Positions 15,032 through 17,403 of a DNA stretch of 17,403 bases are shown here, piece after piece. The position numbers were made by a program, and so were the translations under genes. This DNA comes from Candidatus Bathyarchaeum sp. GTDB taxonomy: Archaea; Thermoproteota; Bathyarchaeia; Bathyarchaeales; Bathyarchaeaceae. Where the stretch lies: positions 2,020-19,422 of the forward strand of contig JAOZIF010000089.1 of NCBI GenBank assembly GCA_026014495.1. Direction: 5' to 3'. A model generated the notes under the pieces. That model did not search any database and had not been told where the DNA came from. It saw nothing but the letters and a program-made list of their open reading frames with translations. The first letter of the stretch is position 1. The number at the start of each line of letters is the position of its first letter.

Positions 15032-15706
15032 GTGATTTTGATGGTTAAAGCGGTTATCTTTGACTGGGACGGAACACTTGCAGACACAAGAAGCGCCGTG
15101 GTTCAGTCTTTTCAGAAGGTCTTAACAGAAGCAGGCTGCAGTGTTAGTGACGAATTTATAGAAAGGCGCATGGGAATTGGAACAAAAAAGACAATTATAC
15201 AAGCATTTAGAGAATGCAACATGCGACTTGACGTTTCAACGCTGGAAAAGCTTGTAAATACAAAAGTTACGATGCATGCAGGACTCGCAAAGATTGTGAG
15301 CATACTTGCGGGAGTCACTGAACTTTTGGATGTGCTACATGGAAAAGTAAAGCTTGCTGTGGCAACAATGAGCAATAGAGCAGTTATTGACACGCTACTA
15401 CCTGCAAAAGGAATCGCGTCATACTTTGAGGTTGTAGTTTCGGCGGATGATATTGCAAATCCAAAGCCTGACCCTGAAGTGTTCTTGATGACAGCAGAGA
15501 AATTGGGGGTCGAACCAAAAGAGTGTGTGGTTGTTGAGGATTCAGTTTTTGGCATAGAAGCTGCTAGGGCGGCAAACATGAGGTGCATAGCTGTTTCTTC
15601 AGGAGTTTACAGTAAAGAAGAACTACAAAAAGAACAGCCTGACATGGTGGTTGGCTCTCTTGCTGAAAAAGAGAACATACTGGAGTTCATTTTCGGCAGT
15701 GGCTAG
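15032..15706 (+). CDS. HAD-superfamily phosphatase, subfamily IA variant 3 (beta-PGM/CbbY-like)
   Basis: Motif I DWDGT, motif II VATMS, motif III KPDPEVF, motif IV VEDS; 12 bp after the deoA stop (likely co-transcribed). Confidence 0.9.
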   Translation: MILMVKAVIFDWDGTLADTRSAVVQSFQKVLTEAGCSVSDEFIERRMGIGTKKTIIQAFRECNMRLDVSTLEKLVNTKVTMHAGLAKIVSILAGVTELLDVLHGKVKLAVATMSNRAVIDTLLPAKGIASYFEVVVSADDIANPKPDPEVFLMTAEKLGVEPKECVVVEDSVFGIEAARAANMRCIAVSSGVYSKEELQKEQPDMVVGSLAEKENILEFIFGSG

Positions 15707-15789
15707 AACAAAAGTCCTTGCTAAATAATAGGGTGTATCGTGTTTAATTTGCGCCTATTGACTGGATAGATGTTATTCGCTAAACTTAT

Positions 15790-15815
15790 ATGACATACGT
15801 CATTGTTATATATAA
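15790..15815 (+). promoter_or_regulatory. ATGAC-N4-GTCAT palindrome immediately upstream of TTATATATAA TATA box
   Basis: Palindrome 15790-15803, TATA 15806-15815, GGTGA SD before ATG 15851. Confidence 0.55.
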
Positions 15816-15850
15816 TCCAAAACAAGAACATAACGCGGTGAAAACAGAAC

Positions 15851-16267
15851 ATGCTACTCCCCTGCGAAGTTGCAGTCAAATCAGTGATTCCAGCCATTCG
15901 ATCAGCAATAGCAAGAGAACTAACACAAACACATGGACTCAAACAAAAAGAGGTAGCTGAACTTTTAGGAATAACACAAACTGCTGTCAGCAAATACACA
16001 AGATTCTACAGAGGAACAGTCATAGAAGTTCAAAGAATAGAAGAGGCAAACTTTGTTATCCAACAAACTGTTACCGCGCTAGCTAAGGGTCAAATGGACA
16101 AATATGAACTTGCAGAAAAACTTTGCACCATCTGCGGAGTAATTAGAGAAAAAGGCGTTATGTGTGAATTGTGTTCACTGTCAGACCCAGACATAGAGAA
16201 CAATAAATGTATAGTTTGCTGTCCAAGCAATAAAACAAGAATGGAACAGCTCAAAAAAAGCAAGTAA
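15851..16267 (+). CDS. Archaeal XRE-type HTH transcription regulator (COG2522-like) with Cys-rich C-terminus
   Basis: LPCE...IPAIRSAIAREL, HTH KQKEVAELLGITQTAVSKY; CxxC at 92/95, 105/108, 120/123. Confidence 0.85.
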   Translation: MLLPCEVAVKSVIPAIRSAIARELTQTHGLKQKEVAELLGITQTAVSKYTRFYRGTVIEVQRIEEANFVIQQTVTALAKGQMDKYELAEKLCTICGVIREKGVMCELCSLSDPDIENNKCIVCCPSNKTRMEQLKKSK

Positions 16268-16307
16268 GCTACTCTAGTTAAAAACTAAAAAATGGGTTTA
16301 AGCTGCT

Positions 16308-17216
16308 TTATTTTGCAGCTTTCTTTGTGGTTTTCTTTGCAGTTGTCTTTTTTGCTGTCTTTGTGGTTTTTGTTTCAGCTTTAGGTTTAGCTTTAGGTTT
16401 CTTTTCAGCTACTGATGCCTTTGTTTTCGGTTTTGCAGTTGTTTTTTCTGTTTCCTTTTTGGGCTTGGCAGGTTTCTTAGCGGCTTTTGTTGCAGTTTTC
16501 TTTTTTGTTTCTTTTTTGGGCGTAGCAGCTTCTGGTTTACTGAATGATTCAACGAACTGGACGGTTGTTAGCTCTGGTAGAAAGCGCTGTATGTCCATTG
16601 CGATGCCTCTTTTTGCTAACTGAATACCTTCAACGTAGAAGGATTCGTCAGGCATATTCACGGTAACGTTTGCTTTTACAATTTTGAAGTTGAACTTTTC
16701 AACCTCAACTGCAGGTATTCGACGATGAATAAGTGCAGAAACTTTTTCTTCAGCAGTTTTAAGTTGTTTTTGGATGGTAACCTCGTACACAAGTGTTTTA
16801 CCAGCCAAGGGCGGATTAAAGTCAAGTGTTACGCGTCCAGAGCCCATGGTTCGCACAGTTGCGAGTCTTTTGTCGTACTCGATTTGTGCTCCCAGCCTAG
16901 GGGTTATTCCTCGGGCTGCGAGGCGTCGAATGGGAACAAGTTTGACTTTTTCTGAATCTCTGTTTCCGAAGGCATTCTCTGGGGGAATTTCTACAGAATC
17001 TTTTTTATTGATTTTGAATGTGAGGAGCGCTTCGTCTAGGGCTTTTAGTAGCCATCCTTCTCCAGCTACCACGAGTCTTGGCTCGTAGATGTCTCCTTCT
17101 TTGTAGAGTTTATTCTCTTTTGCTATTTCCTCGGAGGTTGTGTCAAAAACATCTCCAGTTTCTTTAACCTTACCAGTATAATCAACAATAATGAAGTCGC
17201 TTTTTTGAATTGGCAA
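16308..17216 (-). CDS. slyD: Long-type archaeal FKBP peptidyl-prolyl isomerase (SlyD-like) with Lys/Ala/Thr-rich tail
   Basis: DYTGKVKETGDVFDTT, GEGWLLKALDE, PPENAFG, LDFNPPLAGKTLVY; C-terminal domain, then a 76-aa low-complexity tail. Confidence 0.9.
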   Translation of the reverse strand: MPIQKSDFIIVDYTGKVKETGDVFDTTSEEIAKENKLYKEGDIYEPRLVVAGEGWLLKALDEALLTFKINKKDSVEIPPENAFGNRDSEKVKLVPIRRLAARGITPRLGAQIEYDKRLATVRTMGSGRVTLDFNPPLAGKTLVYEVTIQKQLKTAEEKVSALIHRRIPAVEVEKFNFKIVKANVTVNMPDESFYVEGIQLAKRGIAMDIQRFLPELTTVQFVESFSKPEAATPKKETKKKTATKAAKKPAKPKKETEKTTAKPKTKASVAEKKPKAKPKAETKTTKTAKKTTAKKTTKKAAK

Positions 17217-17403
17217 ACATATCCTTCCTTAATTACTAGACTTCTCTGCTGATGTCTAGCCTCCAGCACCATTCATAAATGTTACGTATCCACATAACCA
17301 ACCACACAACAATACAAACTTCTCAAACAACAAAAACACTTCTTCAAGAGGCACTTCAATTGGGTGATAGTTTTAATTGTGAAGGTTAACACGAAAGTTT
17401 TCG

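Noticed and set aside
10040-16955. Antisense or shadow ORFs (e.g. 10040-10513, 10836-11429, 11604-11981, 15112-15588, 16327-16623) and similar ones elsewhere in the track
   Set aside because: They overlap well-supported genes on the opposite strand or frame and have no recognisable motifs.
17281-17403. Possible RNA gene or ORF start at the right edge
   Set aside because: Too little sequence; no recognisable tRNA, rRNA or ORF signature.

Overview
Archaeal genomic window. The lineage is probably Bathyarchaeia/TACK, inferred from PEF-CTERM beta-helix surface proteins, archaeal TATA/SD signals and the gene families present. The core is a complete AMP/pentose-bisphosphate pathway: AMP phosphorylase and form III RuBisCO head-to-head, with ribose-1,5-bisphosphate isomerase about 7.6 kb away. 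Between and beside these lie genes that could use RuBisCO products: a divergent SerA-like 2-hydroxyacid dehydrogenase, a class V aminotransferase, a D-cysteine desulfhydrase / cysteine synthase divergent pair, and a HAD phosphatase directly behind AMP phosphorylase. The left end is an accessory region after a tRNA-Ala(UGC). It holds a 1.3-kb single-gene islet closed by a degenerate copy of the tRNA 3' end, two PEF-CTERM surface proteins and an orphan pair of small proteins. Strongest non-coding signals: (i) a 34-bp block (33/34 identical) with tandem GTCAA-N6-TTGAC palindromes upstream of two dissimilar beta-helix surface-protein genes 8.5 kb apart; (ii) a 40-bp two-palindrome motif present twice 10 kb apart. 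Also present: EngB GTPase, a Cys-rich HTH regulator and an FKBP chaperone with a histone-H1-like tail.
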